62,374 nucleotides of DNA from IMG/VR virus record IMGVR_UViG_3300044724_008437, positions 1 to 62,374 of that record. The stretch is one strand, 5' to 3'. The position numbers were made by a program, and so were the translations under genes. The notes below the pieces were generated by a model that saw nothing but the letters and a program-made list of their open reading frames with translations, was not told the origin of the DNA and did no database searches. This DNA is from a virus. Lineage: Duplodnaviria; Caudoviricetes. Positions 45,846-55,465 of this stretch are shown here, piece after piece (the stretch's first letter is position 1; the number at the start of each line of letters is the position of its first letter).

Positions 45846-47417
45846 TTGAGGAAAAAATTTGTCATTCCGACAGCTAGACCTAAGGTAAGTATAGCGAAGT
45901 CATACCGCACTTACCTAGCCAAACTTATGTCACGAGGTACATATAGCAGGTTTAACTTTTTTGCAGACATACTCAGCGGTCTGCAGACTCAGGAAGACGC
46001 CGCGACTAAGACATTCTCTATTCAGGTAAAGAATGGGCACTATCTCATGAAGTACTCTCCGGAGATGGTAGAGGCTCTAGACGAATACGGGGCGGGTATT
46101 GTCATATGCCACGAGCTAGGACATGCCGCTCTAGGGCACTTGCCTCGTATGATTAGGCTGCACGATATGTTCTCCGAGGACAAGAAAAAGCAGCTAGCGG
46201 CAGCCGCAGTTATACATGTAGCGGCTGACTATGCTCTAAACTCGTGGCTTATTGACGACTGTAAGATCTTTACACTTACAGACCTCAAGACGCGTATTGG
46301 TACGCCGCTAGAGGAAGGTCCTACATTCGAGGATAGCCCAATGGGAAGCTATGCGGGCATACACCCTAGCGACGTTGATCTACCTCCCTCTAAGAGTATG
46401 GAGTGGTATGTAGAGAAGCTAAGTGAGCGGATTATAAGAGAGCCTTGGAATGTGACAAGGCTAGTAAACCCCGAGGGAGGACAAGGAGACTCCGAAGACC
46501 AAGCGCTGGGTGATGGCCAGGGCAGCTCGGGTACCATAGGTAAGCTTAGTCAAGCCGCTGGAGCTATGACCTCTGAGCAACTAGATGAGCTATGCAAAGC
46601 AGCTGGACTGAATCCTGAGGAGGACATTGATAACCTCAACTCAGCAGACGGTGAGACTTCAGCCTCAGAGTTGGCAGATCAGCTAGAGCGCGAGTTTATC
46701 CGTATGATGCAGGCCTCGCTTGAATCTACTAAGAACCGAGGTACTATGCCCGGTAACCTACAGTCCTGGGTAGAAGAGCTTCTAAAGCCCCCAGTAGTAG
46801 ACTGGCGGCAAGAGCTTAGAAACTACTGCAAGACAGCTAAACCCAGCCTAAAGAAGTCCACTATTGCTAGGCCCCGCCGTAAGCATATTAACCTGGGTTC
46901 CTCTATTGAAGTTTGCGAATATCCAGGTAAGCAGAAAAACCCTAGCTACCGGATCGTGTTTGCAATCGACACCTCCGGGTCGGTAAGTGACTCTGAGCTA
47001 CAGGAAATATTTACAGAGCTACGTGGGATTCTAAACTCTAACGTGGGTACCGAGGTAACCGTAGTAGAGTGCGATACCCAGATCGGTAAGATCTATGAGC
47101 TCTCTGGGACCAGTGACGTAGACACTAAAGTTAGCGGCAGAGGCGGTACAAGCTTTGATCCTGTATTTGAGTGGGTTAACGGTAAGCCCTGGGCGGACGA
47201 GGTGTGCCGCAAGCACCCAGACCTTCTAATCTACGCTACCGACGGCGAGTGCAGCTTGCCTCCCCTAGGGATACGCATCCCACAAAACAAGGTACTATGG
47301 CTTATTAGCTCTAGAGGTCGAATTCCCTCTGATAGCTATTCTTGGGGCCAATCTACCGATAAAACTTCTGGATACGGAGACTATGGACGATTCATCAAAG
47401 TTAGTTCCCAAGGTTAG
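45846..47417 (+). CDS. Metallopeptidase-like plus VWA domain protein (MoxR partner)
   Basis: CHELGH (HExxH), MIDAS DTSGS, GRGGTSF, YATDG. Confidence 0.88.
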   Translation: MRKKFVIPTARPKVSIAKSYRTYLAKLMSRGTYSRFNFFADILSGLQTQEDAATKTFSIQVKNGHYLMKYSPEMVEALDEYGAGIVICHELGHAALGHLPRMIRLHDMFSEDKKKQLAAAAVIHVAADYALNSWLIDDCKIFTLTDLKTRIGTPLEEGPTFEDSPMGSYAGIHPSDVDLPPSKSMEWYVEKLSERIIREPWNVTRLVNPEGGQGDSEDQALGDGQGSSGTIGKLSQAAGAMTSEQLDELCKAAGLNPEEDIDNLNSADGETSASELADQLEREFIRMMQASLESTKNRGTMPGNLQSWVEELLKPPVVDWRQELRNYCKTAKPSLKKSTIARPRRKHINLGSSIEVCEYPGKQKNPSYRIVFAIDTSGSVSDSELQEIFTELRGILNSNVGTEVTVVECDTQIGKIYELSGTSDVDTKVSGRGGTSFDPVFEWVNGKPWADEVCRKHPDLLIYATDGECSLPPLGIRIPQNKVLWLISSRGRIPSDSYSWGQSTDKTSGYGDYGRFIKVSSQG

Positions 47418-47922
47418 TATAGAGAAGGTTGCCGAGGGTGTGGCTCATATAATAGCTAATCCCGAGCTACTTCCTCATACAGTAGTGCCAGGTATATCTA
47501 GCACAGCTAAGTTGGTAGAACTCGTTGTGTTCCGAGATGAGCACTGTATGGCCAGTAACATGCACCTGCTCGGCCTTACATGGCTAGCAGACCTGTTCTC
47601 TAATGCCTGCGACCTCAGTACACTGCTAAACCATATCAGTAAAACCTCCCTGTTACTGAACGACTGGGATAAAAAGCAGATGTGGCTAGCTGTTCCACTA
47701 GAAAGAGCTAGCAAGGACCGCTACACTATGTCCCCTAGCCAAGGGTACTACGGTAACTTATCGTACCTAATGTCTTGTAAGACAGCTATTATCTATGACG
47801 CTATCAGAGATGTAGCAAGCCCTACACTAGAGGTTTGTCCGTTCTCCCTAGACCATTTAATGTCTAACTGCGAGCTGGGCTGCGGCAAGTGCTCTAAGGG
47901 GTTATTTGGTGTTTCCCCCTAG
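47383..47922 (+). CDS. Hypothetical protein upstream of the RT (C-terminal Cys cluster)
   Basis: Overlaps both the VWA and RT genes; CELGCGKC. Confidence 0.65.
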   Translation: MDDSSKLVPKVSIEKVAEGVAHIIANPELLPHTVVPGISSTAKLVELVVFRDEHCMASNMHLLGLTWLADLFSNACDLSTLLNHISKTSLLLNDWDKKQMWLAVPLERASKDRYTMSPSQGYYGNLSYLMSCKTAIIYDAIRDVASPTLEVCPFSLDHLMSNCELGCGKCSKGLFGVSP

Positions 47923-48889
47923 TAAGAGGTTATTAGCTAACTCTCTAGGGTATAGTCTAAAGGCCCTTACGTTTTTATGTAAGGATCTAGGGGAAAACAG
48001 CGAGACCTACTACACTCTTATTCGTATACCCAAAGGTAACGGTAAGTTCCGTAAGGTATATAAAGTAGATAGTAGACTTAAGCTTGTCCATAGCCGTATT
48101 AAGTCCTTATTAGAGGAGCGGCTGCCCGCCACGGGCAGCTCCTACGCATATGAGCCCGGCTGCACAGTAGCTGCCGGTGCCAGTCGTATGGGCAAGCATA
48201 AGCTACTAATTTCTGTGGACTTTAAAGACCACTTTAGCTCAGTAACTATGTGGCAAGTAACTAAAACACTAGAAGAGGCAGGCGCTAAGCCGGAGGTAGC
48301 ATTTATGCTAGCTCGACTAAGCTGCATAACTAGGGGTAAAAGAAGCTTTCTTCCCCAGGGCAGTGAGATCAGCCCAATGCTTAGCAATAGGGTAAGTGAA
48401 CATCTACTAGACCCAGTATTAGAGCAAGCTTTCCCGGGTGCTACTATAACCCGCTACAGCGACAATCTGTACTTTGGCTTTGACACTAACCTAGTTAGCG
48501 GCGTTAACACGATTAGTAAGGTTAAAGAGCTAGTACGCCTGCAGACCGGCTGGAGGTGCCACAAGTGTCGAATAATGCCTTACTACAAACGGCAGAGGGG
48601 CCTGGGTCTAGTACTTAATAAAGGAGCTAATATGCCAAGAGAGAAGTACCTAGCCTTAAAGGCCCTACTGCACAATCTAGCTCAGAAAGATCCCGAACAA
48701 GAACTAGTTCGGGCTAGAGAAGAGTTTGGTTTTCAAGAACTAAGTGTTGGAGAGCTACTCATTTCCCTGCACGGCCAACTATCCTATTGGCGCCAGTTCT
48801 TATCGCTAGCTAAGCATAACAAGCTATCTACTTTACTAACCAAAGCAAAGGAACGCAATGAACGAAAAACCAATAGCAACGGTAGCTAA
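47906..48889 (+). CDS. Retron-like reverse transcriptase with YSDN motif
   Basis: IPKGNGKFR, SYAY..G, VDFKDHFSSV, LPQGSEISPMLSN, TRYSDNL, QRGLGLVLN (VTG-region equivalent); no maturase or Cas1 domain. Confidence 0.9.
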   Translation: MVFPPSKRLLANSLGYSLKALTFLCKDLGENSETYYTLIRIPKGNGKFRKVYKVDSRLKLVHSRIKSLLEERLPATGSSYAYEPGCTVAAGASRMGKHKLLISVDFKDHFSSVTMWQVTKTLEEAGAKPEVAFMLARLSCITRGKRSFLPQGSEISPMLSNRVSEHLLDPVLEQAFPGATITRYSDNLYFGFDTNLVSGVNTISKVKELVRLQTGWRCHKCRIMPYYKRQRGLGLVLNKGANMPREKYLALKALLHNLAQKDPEQELVRAREEFGFQELSVGELLISLHGQLSYWRQFLSLAKHNKLSTLLTKAKERNERKTNSNGS

Positions 48890-50606
48890 GCTACCCAGCT
48901 TATGGCTAGGCTGGCATGGGTCACAACCCATGTTTAGCGGGCATGAAGAGCACACAGACTACCGAGGATACTGGTCTCTAAACAGTAGCCAGGGTACTAC
49001 CGACGTAGGCGCTATAGTAGTAACTGAAGTTACTGAGTCGCTAGTTAAGGCAGCGCTAAAGCACAGCCCTTTAGTCCTATGCGCTAAGGCTAAGGACTTA
49101 GCCACGTACCTATGGAAGTTGACGCAGGAATTTAACTACCGTAGAAGTTCACTGCGATCAATTGAAGCCTCGTCATATGCGGAGGCGATGACAGTGGTAG
49201 CCGGCCATACCGCACCCTTTGAAGACAACGGTTTACCTCGCGGGCTAGAGCCTACAGAGAATAGCTGGGTCTTGATATCTGGGATGCCGGATTTCTTAGT
49301 TGCAAGTCTGTGGGCTAGGCTTACAGACGGCGGTATTCTAACAGGCTACTATGAGGAAGAAGGGGTACTACAAAAACTAGAACTGTCAAACCTGGATAGC
49401 TATTGCGAGGACTATCGAGTTCTCCTACCTCTAGGTTGCCTTTCGTGCCCTGCTAATAACAAGTGCGCGTCTCACCTAACAGGTAACGACTTCCCTATCC
49501 CTGAAGTAGACGTAAAGCAGCTAAAGAAAAGCATCGCTAGATTACCCGATGTGGCTTCTGCACCCCCCAGCGTACTATCTAGGCACTCTCAGAACATATC
49601 TGTGGTGGATATAAATATGGCCGGGGCTACGAAGATGCTACAGGTACACCGCGAGTTAACGTCCCTCAGGGCTGAAGCTAGAAAATTTTATAAGAACAAC
49701 TGTGATAAATGTTCTTTAAAACTTGTGTGTGGGTCTAATAAGCTAATTACTCAGTCCGGTGAAAAGTCCGAGCACATGGGTAAACTATGTAGTGGTAAAA
49801 CTACCGTTGAGACTGCAGTTACCCTAGACAACTATACCGAGGTGTTGCCTGCCTTGGTGGGTATGCTAGACAACTTAAACCCAGTAGGATATTCACCTGA
49901 CGCTTCTAAGCCTAGAAGACTTAAGGCCGCTTTGCAAAAACTGACAGAGTGGATAGCCACGGGCTCACAAGTGCCGAGAGAGCTAAGTTACTACCTAACT
50001 ACAGACAGATATGTGATGCCACAAGAGTTCATGGACTTGGTAGACGTCCTAGATCTACGCGGTGGCTACGCTTCCTATGAGAATTGGGCTAAGCCCTGGG
50101 TATCAGACATAACTAGCGAGGTAGCTAAGGCTGTACACATGGGTAAACCTAAGAGTTCTGGCTGGCTTGTACTTGGTCCAAGACAGCTAAATACGTCCTA
50201 CAACTCATACCCGATACATTACCGAGAGCTGAGGTTTGTAGATGTTAAGCTTAGCTCAAGGATAGAGGGTATCCCGTCCTCTCGGGGTTACACTAAAAAA
50301 CTAGGTAGAGCCCAAGCTAGACTTAACCTAATCTGCTACCTTATACGCGCACTACTCTTACCCAATTCTGTTATCCGTAGTGGTAGCTTTGGAAATAAAA
50401 AATCCTATGTCTGCTCAGGTGTTCTCTACCATAGACTCTGGAACGCATTCACTACTACCCACTCTACTACGACTGTTCCTGATGGGAAGGCAGCAGCCTA
50501 TCTTGTAGAATCTACTAGTTATGCTTTACAGGAGGTTCTAGGAGGTAGATACGGCCCTAACTACCGACTCGCCAAGAACTTAACTAAACTAAAGGAGGTA
50601 TTATAA
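48858..50606 (+). CDS. Hypothetical protein with two CxxC-x5-C motifs
   Basis: 582 aa; overlaps the RT stop; CLSCPANNKC and CDKCSLKLVC. Confidence 0.75.
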   Translation: MNEKPIATVAKLPSLWLGWHGSQPMFSGHEEHTDYRGYWSLNSSQGTTDVGAIVVTEVTESLVKAALKHSPLVLCAKAKDLATYLWKLTQEFNYRRSSLRSIEASSYAEAMTVVAGHTAPFEDNGLPRGLEPTENSWVLISGMPDFLVASLWARLTDGGILTGYYEEEGVLQKLELSNLDSYCEDYRVLLPLGCLSCPANNKCASHLTGNDFPIPEVDVKQLKKSIARLPDVASAPPSVLSRHSQNISVVDINMAGATKMLQVHRELTSLRAEARKFYKNNCDKCSLKLVCGSNKLITQSGEKSEHMGKLCSGKTTVETAVTLDNYTEVLPALVGMLDNLNPVGYSPDASKPRRLKAALQKLTEWIATGSQVPRELSYYLTTDRYVMPQEFMDLVDVLDLRGGYASYENWAKPWVSDITSEVAKAVHMGKPKSSGWLVLGPRQLNTSYNSYPIHYRELRFVDVKLSSRIEGIPSSRGYTKKLGRAQARLNLICYLIRALLLPNSVIRSGSFGNKKSYVCSGVLYHRLWNAFTTTHSTTTVPDGKAAAYLVESTSYALQEVLGGRYGPNYRLAKNLTKLKEVL

Positions 50607-50866
50607 TGGCTAAAATAAAATTAAGCCACCTAATGGCTAAGGTCCCTGCCGCCAAAATTAATCTAATTAACCTATCCTTCGAGCTGCACGAGCAGTTAGG
50701 CTGGGTTATAGCCGAGTGCGAGCTATGTATGGGCGATGATGATACGGAGTCCGCAATAACCCTAACCATACCCCTGCAGCTTAGTGACAAAGAAATCTTA
50801 GAGATGCTAAGCGTAACTAAAGTAGAGGGTAACACTAGGCGTAGGATATCTCGTGGAGGTAAGTAA
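50606..50866 (+). CDS. Small hypothetical protein
   Basis: TAATG coupling; GGAGG SD. Confidence 0.7.
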   Translation: MAKIKLSHLMAKVPAAKINLINLSFELHEQLGWVIAECELCMGDDDTESAITLTIPLQLSDKEILEMLSVTKVEGNTRRRISRGGK

Positions 50867-52748
50867 GCCTCTACGCGAGACTAGCCTAGTTTCTCTAGTG
50901 GGTAATGATGAACATGTAAGCATCTATACCCCCCTAGAGGATACCGTTGACTGCACCTGGGAATTGCATGTTATGCCCCGGTATAATGAACTGGTGAGCA
51001 GATCACAAAGCGCCTTAACTGTAACTAAGAGCCTTATCAACAGATTTTCGGATATTGATGAAGATCTTAGTAGATACTCTAGCCCCGATTATGGCAGTCT
51101 GCGTAACTCTATAGATAGCCTCCTACATGGCTCCTGCTTGCCTAGGCTAGACATCCTAGAGCTAGATCCTACAGGCAAATACTATGAAGTAGCCCCGCAT
51201 ATGACCTCTGCTATAACCGCGTATACCGCAGTAGGAACTAAAGTACCTAGTACTATAACCGAGAAAGAGTGGCTAACAGCTACCCTAGTCTGCGGTAATC
51301 CCGCCCAGTTTGTTTGTGTCATTATAGGTGATTCAACGCAGGCCTACACGGTGCTTGGTAAATCACTTAGCAGTATACGCAGTATAGTTCTAGACACATA
51401 TGGTATTATGCCCAGTGATAACTCGTTACCACTGTCTATAAAAATACCAATGGTAGCTGTAGAGTTCCCCGAAGCCCCAAAATACACTGAGTTAGTGGGA
51501 TTACTTTACAGCCGAGACCCTGAAGATCTAGACTCACTATGGCTAGGTGACGCCTTAGCTACAGCGTATGGATCTCTTTACTCTATAGCGCGCTTTGATT
51601 CTAGGGTGTTTGGACTAGATACACTAGGGACTAAGGTCACCTCGAAATTTGCGTATACGCAAGCCTCCTGGGGGCTCGCTGATGCTAACGGCAACACTGT
51701 ACATATTCCGTACCGATACCCACTACTAGTAGCCCTACTAGCCAACCTAGGCTGCGGGGGAGCACGTGACCACGAGCCGGGGCCTGTATACCTGTCTACT
51801 ATGCTGCGAAGTCCTACTGTATGGAAAGACGCCATTAATCTTAGGGAGCAAGTTCTACTGGGTAAAAGCCCTTATCTAGGTTCAGCTGCACATTTGGCCT
51901 CCAACGTCAGGTCTGCCATGGTTGAGCTTTATGCTCATACATGTAAAAACTGCATTAGCTTTCCCCCGGCCTCTGAGTTCCCTAAGAGAACAGAAGCTAG
52001 TAAAAAGTATTGGTACTGCTTTCAGGCCTATAAGAAAAAAGCAAGCCTATCTGCTTACCTAGAGCTAGGCGAGGCTATAGTACACGCCAGCCTAGTAGAA
52101 AATAAGGGCGCTAAGCACCTTAGTGCACTATTTCCTGACCTAGATCTGAGGCAGCTTATCCTAGACTCCTCAGATCTAGAACAGGTAAGCATATCGGTAG
52201 CCGACAGCCTGGATTGTCCTGAGTTGATTAGCTGTGCCTGGTCTTTAGACAAGGTGGCTGAGGTTCTCGGAGGTTTGACTCTTACTGACGCCGCCGGCCG
52301 TACAGTAGCAGTCGATGACCTTATCCATGCAACTAGAGTGAAAATGCTAAGTCTAATAGAAGACATAGCAGACAATTCACCTCATACACTAGTTAAAGAA
52401 AGAGACCTTAGCTCGATTATTACGGATATCAACCGTAAGCTGCTTAACTTAGGGACAACTACTGGCTGTGATTTTATCAGTAACACAATCGGTAGCCTTG
52501 CAATAGTGTACCCGTCACCTCTTATACCCGAGGAAGAAGATGGCACGGCACTAAGGGAACTAATTAAGTTAATGGACGTTGAGGGCGTTCCTAAAGAGCC
52601 CATACATAAGGTAATCAGGCTAGTTGCCGCTATAGTAGCAGTACCCCCCATATTCGGCACGGAAGAGTGGGGGAGCTATAATAACTACATCACCCGCAGC
52701 CACGCTCGACAGCTAGCTTCTAACTATCTACTAAGCTTACTAGACTGA
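50853..52748 (+). CDS. Hypothetical protein
   Basis: 631-aa ORF; no recognised motif. Confidence 0.75.
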   Translation: MEVSKPLRETSLVSLVGNDEHVSIYTPLEDTVDCTWELHVMPRYNELVSRSQSALTVTKSLINRFSDIDEDLSRYSSPDYGSLRNSIDSLLHGSCLPRLDILELDPTGKYYEVAPHMTSAITAYTAVGTKVPSTITEKEWLTATLVCGNPAQFVCVIIGDSTQAYTVLGKSLSSIRSIVLDTYGIMPSDNSLPLSIKIPMVAVEFPEAPKYTELVGLLYSRDPEDLDSLWLGDALATAYGSLYSIARFDSRVFGLDTLGTKVTSKFAYTQASWGLADANGNTVHIPYRYPLLVALLANLGCGGARDHEPGPVYLSTMLRSPTVWKDAINLREQVLLGKSPYLGSAAHLASNVRSAMVELYAHTCKNCISFPPASEFPKRTEASKKYWYCFQAYKKKASLSAYLELGEAIVHASLVENKGAKHLSALFPDLDLRQLILDSSDLEQVSISVADSLDCPELISCAWSLDKVAEVLGGLTLTDAAGRTVAVDDLIHATRVKMLSLIEDIADNSPHTLVKERDLSSIITDINRKLLNLGTTTGCDFISNTIGSLAIVYPSPLIPEEEDGTALRELIKLMDVEGVPKEPIHKVIRLVAAIVAVPPIFGTEEWGSYNNYITRSHARQLASNYLLSLLD

Positions 52749-53795
52749 GCTTGGATCTAAATTAGGGCAGTAAAGGGTAAGCTGAGCTAACGCAGCCTCC
52801 TCTGCCTGGGAGGCAGCTTCCTTTGTACGCTGCTTTTCATTTAGGTCCGAGAGCTTAGAGGCTAGGGCATTAGCGGCAGCTGCCAATTGTACTTGTGCGT
52901 TATTACAGTCTTGACTAGCGGCTATGCTGAGTTGAGCTAGATTAGCCAATAGAGACAATCCCGAACCATTAACAGAGGAGTCTATGTTAGAGGTTGCTTC
53001 CGAGTCATAAACTAGGCCAAGTCTAACAAAGTCATTCTCTAAGTAAACTTTTAGAATTTCAAGAACCGCTTGAGCATCAGAGTCCGCCAGATCTTCAGAA
53101 TTATCTCCTGCGGTATCAATAATATGCCCTAGGGTTGCGGCATAACGGTTACCTATGGTCTGGACGAGGGTACTCATACCAGTTAGCTTTTGAGCTAAGC
53201 TACAAAGCTTAGACTCACATTCCTCCCGAATATCTTTTATAGCCTGAGCAAGATCATGGGCAGTCTGTGCTACCTCCTGCGAGTCCTCAGCAGTTACTCG
53301 CACATCTCGAGCAGACTGGTATTGCTGGATATATTGGTCCCGTAGCGAGCTAACTTCTTCGGGGTAGGGGAAGTAATGAGAGTCCGACCCTACAAAAGAA
53401 TTCTTAACCCTTAAGTAGGTGTCCACTAGGTTATTAATAGTATCCCTAACTACTGAGGCCGCTGTGGTGGCCACACTCAGATTGTCGAAAGTAATTCTAT
53501 TAACATTAGAGCGATACTTATTGGATCCCCTGGCTAACGCAGACTCGCGGTCGGGGGCGATAAGATCAAGATCTGCAATAGTGGCGTAATTAGAAAAAGT
53601 GTCACTACCTGCGCTATCCCCATCTACTATGTTGTTAACAAAAAGATTAACTAAAAACCGAGCGTCTCGGGAGTCTCCTGTATAGGCTGAGTTTATCTTA
53701 GCCTCGGTTATGATAGCATAGAGAACGGTACCATCTTCATTGAATACACCCTTACGTGTCTGATCAACCAGTATAGGCTTAGATTCATTACTCAT
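52740..53795 (-). CDS. Hypothetical tail/virion-module coiled-coil protein
   Basis: 351-aa ORF downstream of the baseplate genes. Confidence 0.7.
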   Translation of the reverse strand: MSNESKPILVDQTRKGVFNEDGTVLYAIITEAKINSAYTGDSRDARFLVNLFVNNIVDGDSAGSDTFSNYATIADLDLIAPDRESALARGSNKYRSNVNRITFDNLSVATTAASVVRDTINNLVDTYLRVKNSFVGSDSHYFPYPEEVSSLRDQYIQQYQSARDVRVTAEDSQEVAQTAHDLAQAIKDIREECESKLCSLAQKLTGMSTLVQTIGNRYAATLGHIIDTAGDNSEDLADSDAQAVLEILKVYLENDFVRLGLVYDSEATSNIDSSVNGSGLSLLANLAQLSIAASQDCNNAQVQLAAAANALASKLSDLNEKQRTKEAASQAEEAALAQLTLYCPNLDPSSV

Positions 53796-54511
53796 CTAAT
53801 AGTCTCCTGAACACTGCCATCCTCTAGAGGAGTATCAAGCATGGTAACGGGCATCTTATACTCAGTTCCTGAACTACTATCTACTAGCCCGATTTCGGTT
53901 ATAGCAGAGCTAAGTAACTTAACCACACACGCCCCACTAACTACGCGATTAAGAGGAGATATAAGGTCGAACTTACTATCATCTATACTTGATATAAGCT
54001 GAGTTGTAGCGGGCCTACCTACTATCTGAAGAGAAATAGTGTCACCCTTTGTAGCCACTAACGACTCTAAGCTGGCTTCGCTTTTTTTAGCTGATAAATT
54101 TATAGCCACAAGCCTAGCTGTCGGTACAGGCGTATCGTACACACTTGCATTTGACTTGAGTACTGCGAGAGTACTCTCTAGTGCTGACTTAGCTAGTTCA
54201 TAGGTATAAAAGTAGCGAGTTACTTGGCTAGACCTATAGCTAATCCAGGCGTAGTAATCCTGAATCTGAGTATCTAGCTCGGTTCGAGAGGCTACACTCT
54301 CTGACTCTAGAAGGGTTCGTATAAATACAGGCGTAGAGGTACTTTCAGCTAGGCTGCTACCTGCGTCTACATTTTTCTCTAGAAGAAATGGCCTGGGATT
54401 AACATTTCTTACGGAGTTTACTGTGATATCTAGTTGCCAGTAACCTGGATACTCTTCTTCTGAAGATCCCCTGAATACCAAAGACCTAGTTATATTGTAC
54501 TCTTTACTCAT
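53792..54511 (-). CDS. Hypothetical tail-module protein
   Basis: ORF coupled to both neighbours. Confidence 0.7.
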   Translation of the reverse strand: MSKEYNITRSLVFRGSSEEEYPGYWQLDITVNSVRNVNPRPFLLEKNVDAGSSLAESTSTPVFIRTLLESESVASRTELDTQIQDYYAWISYRSSQVTRYFYTYELAKSALESTLAVLKSNASVYDTPVPTARLVAINLSAKKSEASLESLVATKGDTISLQIVGRPATTQLISSIDDSKFDLISPLNRVVSGACVVKLLSSAITEIGLVDSSSGTEYKMPVTMLDTPLEDGSVQETIR

Positions 54512-54918
54512 TAGTTAGACTCACTCCCTGTAAGGCTAAGAGTTACTGTACCAAACTCGTTTGTATTGTGAGAGTTTTCTATTTCATCTAGAAGGGCATT
54601 TACCACCCTTGGTACCCCGTCTTTTAAATCTTTAATGTGGGATAGGGAGTTGGTATGGTAGGTAAACTCGCTTGTTCTATAGGCGTCTGAGTCTGTAAAA
54701 GAAGAAGTACCATAGTTAGCTAAATCCCGTAAAGAAGCTACCCTACTATAGGTGTAACTGTTTACAGCAGGGTCTTGGCGTGTCATCATAAATACCTCAG
54801 GCGCTATGCCTTTAGCGAGAGTAACTTCGATCCTAATGTAATATAGTAGAGGAGACGTAGGATCCTCGTCTCTAGTGCCTGTTGTAATAGCCAGTTCAAT
54901 GTTAGGAGTTTCCGCCAT
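54511..54918 (-). CDS. Hypothetical tail-module protein (MAETPNIE...)
   Basis: ORF track gives start 54972; the ATG at 54918 minimises overlap with ruvC. Confidence 0.65.
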   Translation of the reverse strand: MAETPNIELAITTGTRDEDPTSPLLYYIRIEVTLAKGIAPEVFMMTRQDPAVNSYTYSRVASLRDLANYGTSSFTDSDAYRTSEFTYHTNSLSHIKDLKDGVPRVVNALLDEIENSHNTNEFGTVTLSLTGSESN

Positions 54919-55465
54919 GCCAAAGTACTTTCTTGGTATAGACCCCAGCGCCACTAGCACTGGGCTAACCATTCTATCGGAGGGACCTAATTACGTTAAG
55001 ACTATGCGTATACGGCCCGGGAAGAAGAGAGATGCCGAGAGACTACATCATATAAGCGAAGAGATAAAGTCCTTTGTGGGCGATACAATTATAGAGTTGT
55101 GTGTGCATGAGGCCCCTTCCTATGGGTCTACTCATAAAGAGTTCATCCTTGGGGAAGCTCTAGGAGCCATAAAACTAACCCTAGCGCAGCTTAATATACC
55201 GTGTATAGGGGTAGCCCCCACTCAGCTTAAAAAGTACTTTACCTCTAAGGGTACAGCTACTAAGCAAATGATGATAGATCAGGCACTATCTCTAGGATGT
55301 GACTCCGATCAAGAAGACATCTGTGATAGCTACGCTGCTGCGACACTGTGTAAGGACATAATAGTAGGGCCTATTCTAAACTCTAGGGCTAGCAGAGAGA
55401 TTAGGCTGGTCCTGGGTAAAACTTTACTCGATAAAAATATCTACCTCTGCAATAAAAGCACCTGA
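54917..55465 (+). CDS. ruvC: RuvC-like Holliday junction resolvase
   Basis: LGIDPS..STG, HEAP, PTQLKKY..G.ATK, DICDSYA; AGGAG SD before the ATG at 54917. Confidence 0.88.
   Translation: MPKYFLGIDPSATSTGLTILSEGPNYVKTMRIRPGKKRDAERLHHISEEIKSFVGDTIIELCVHEAPSYGSTHKEFILGEALGAIKLTLAQLNIPCIGVAPTQLKKYFTSKGTATKQMMIDQALSLGCDSDQEDICDSYAAATLCKDIIVGPILNSRASREIRLVLGKTLLDKNIYLCNKST

Noticed and set aside
47906-48889. RT as a DGR or group II intron
   Set aside because: No TR/VR pair with A-specific mismatches was seen, there is no maturase or endonuclease domain or flanking intron RNA, and the motifs are retron-like
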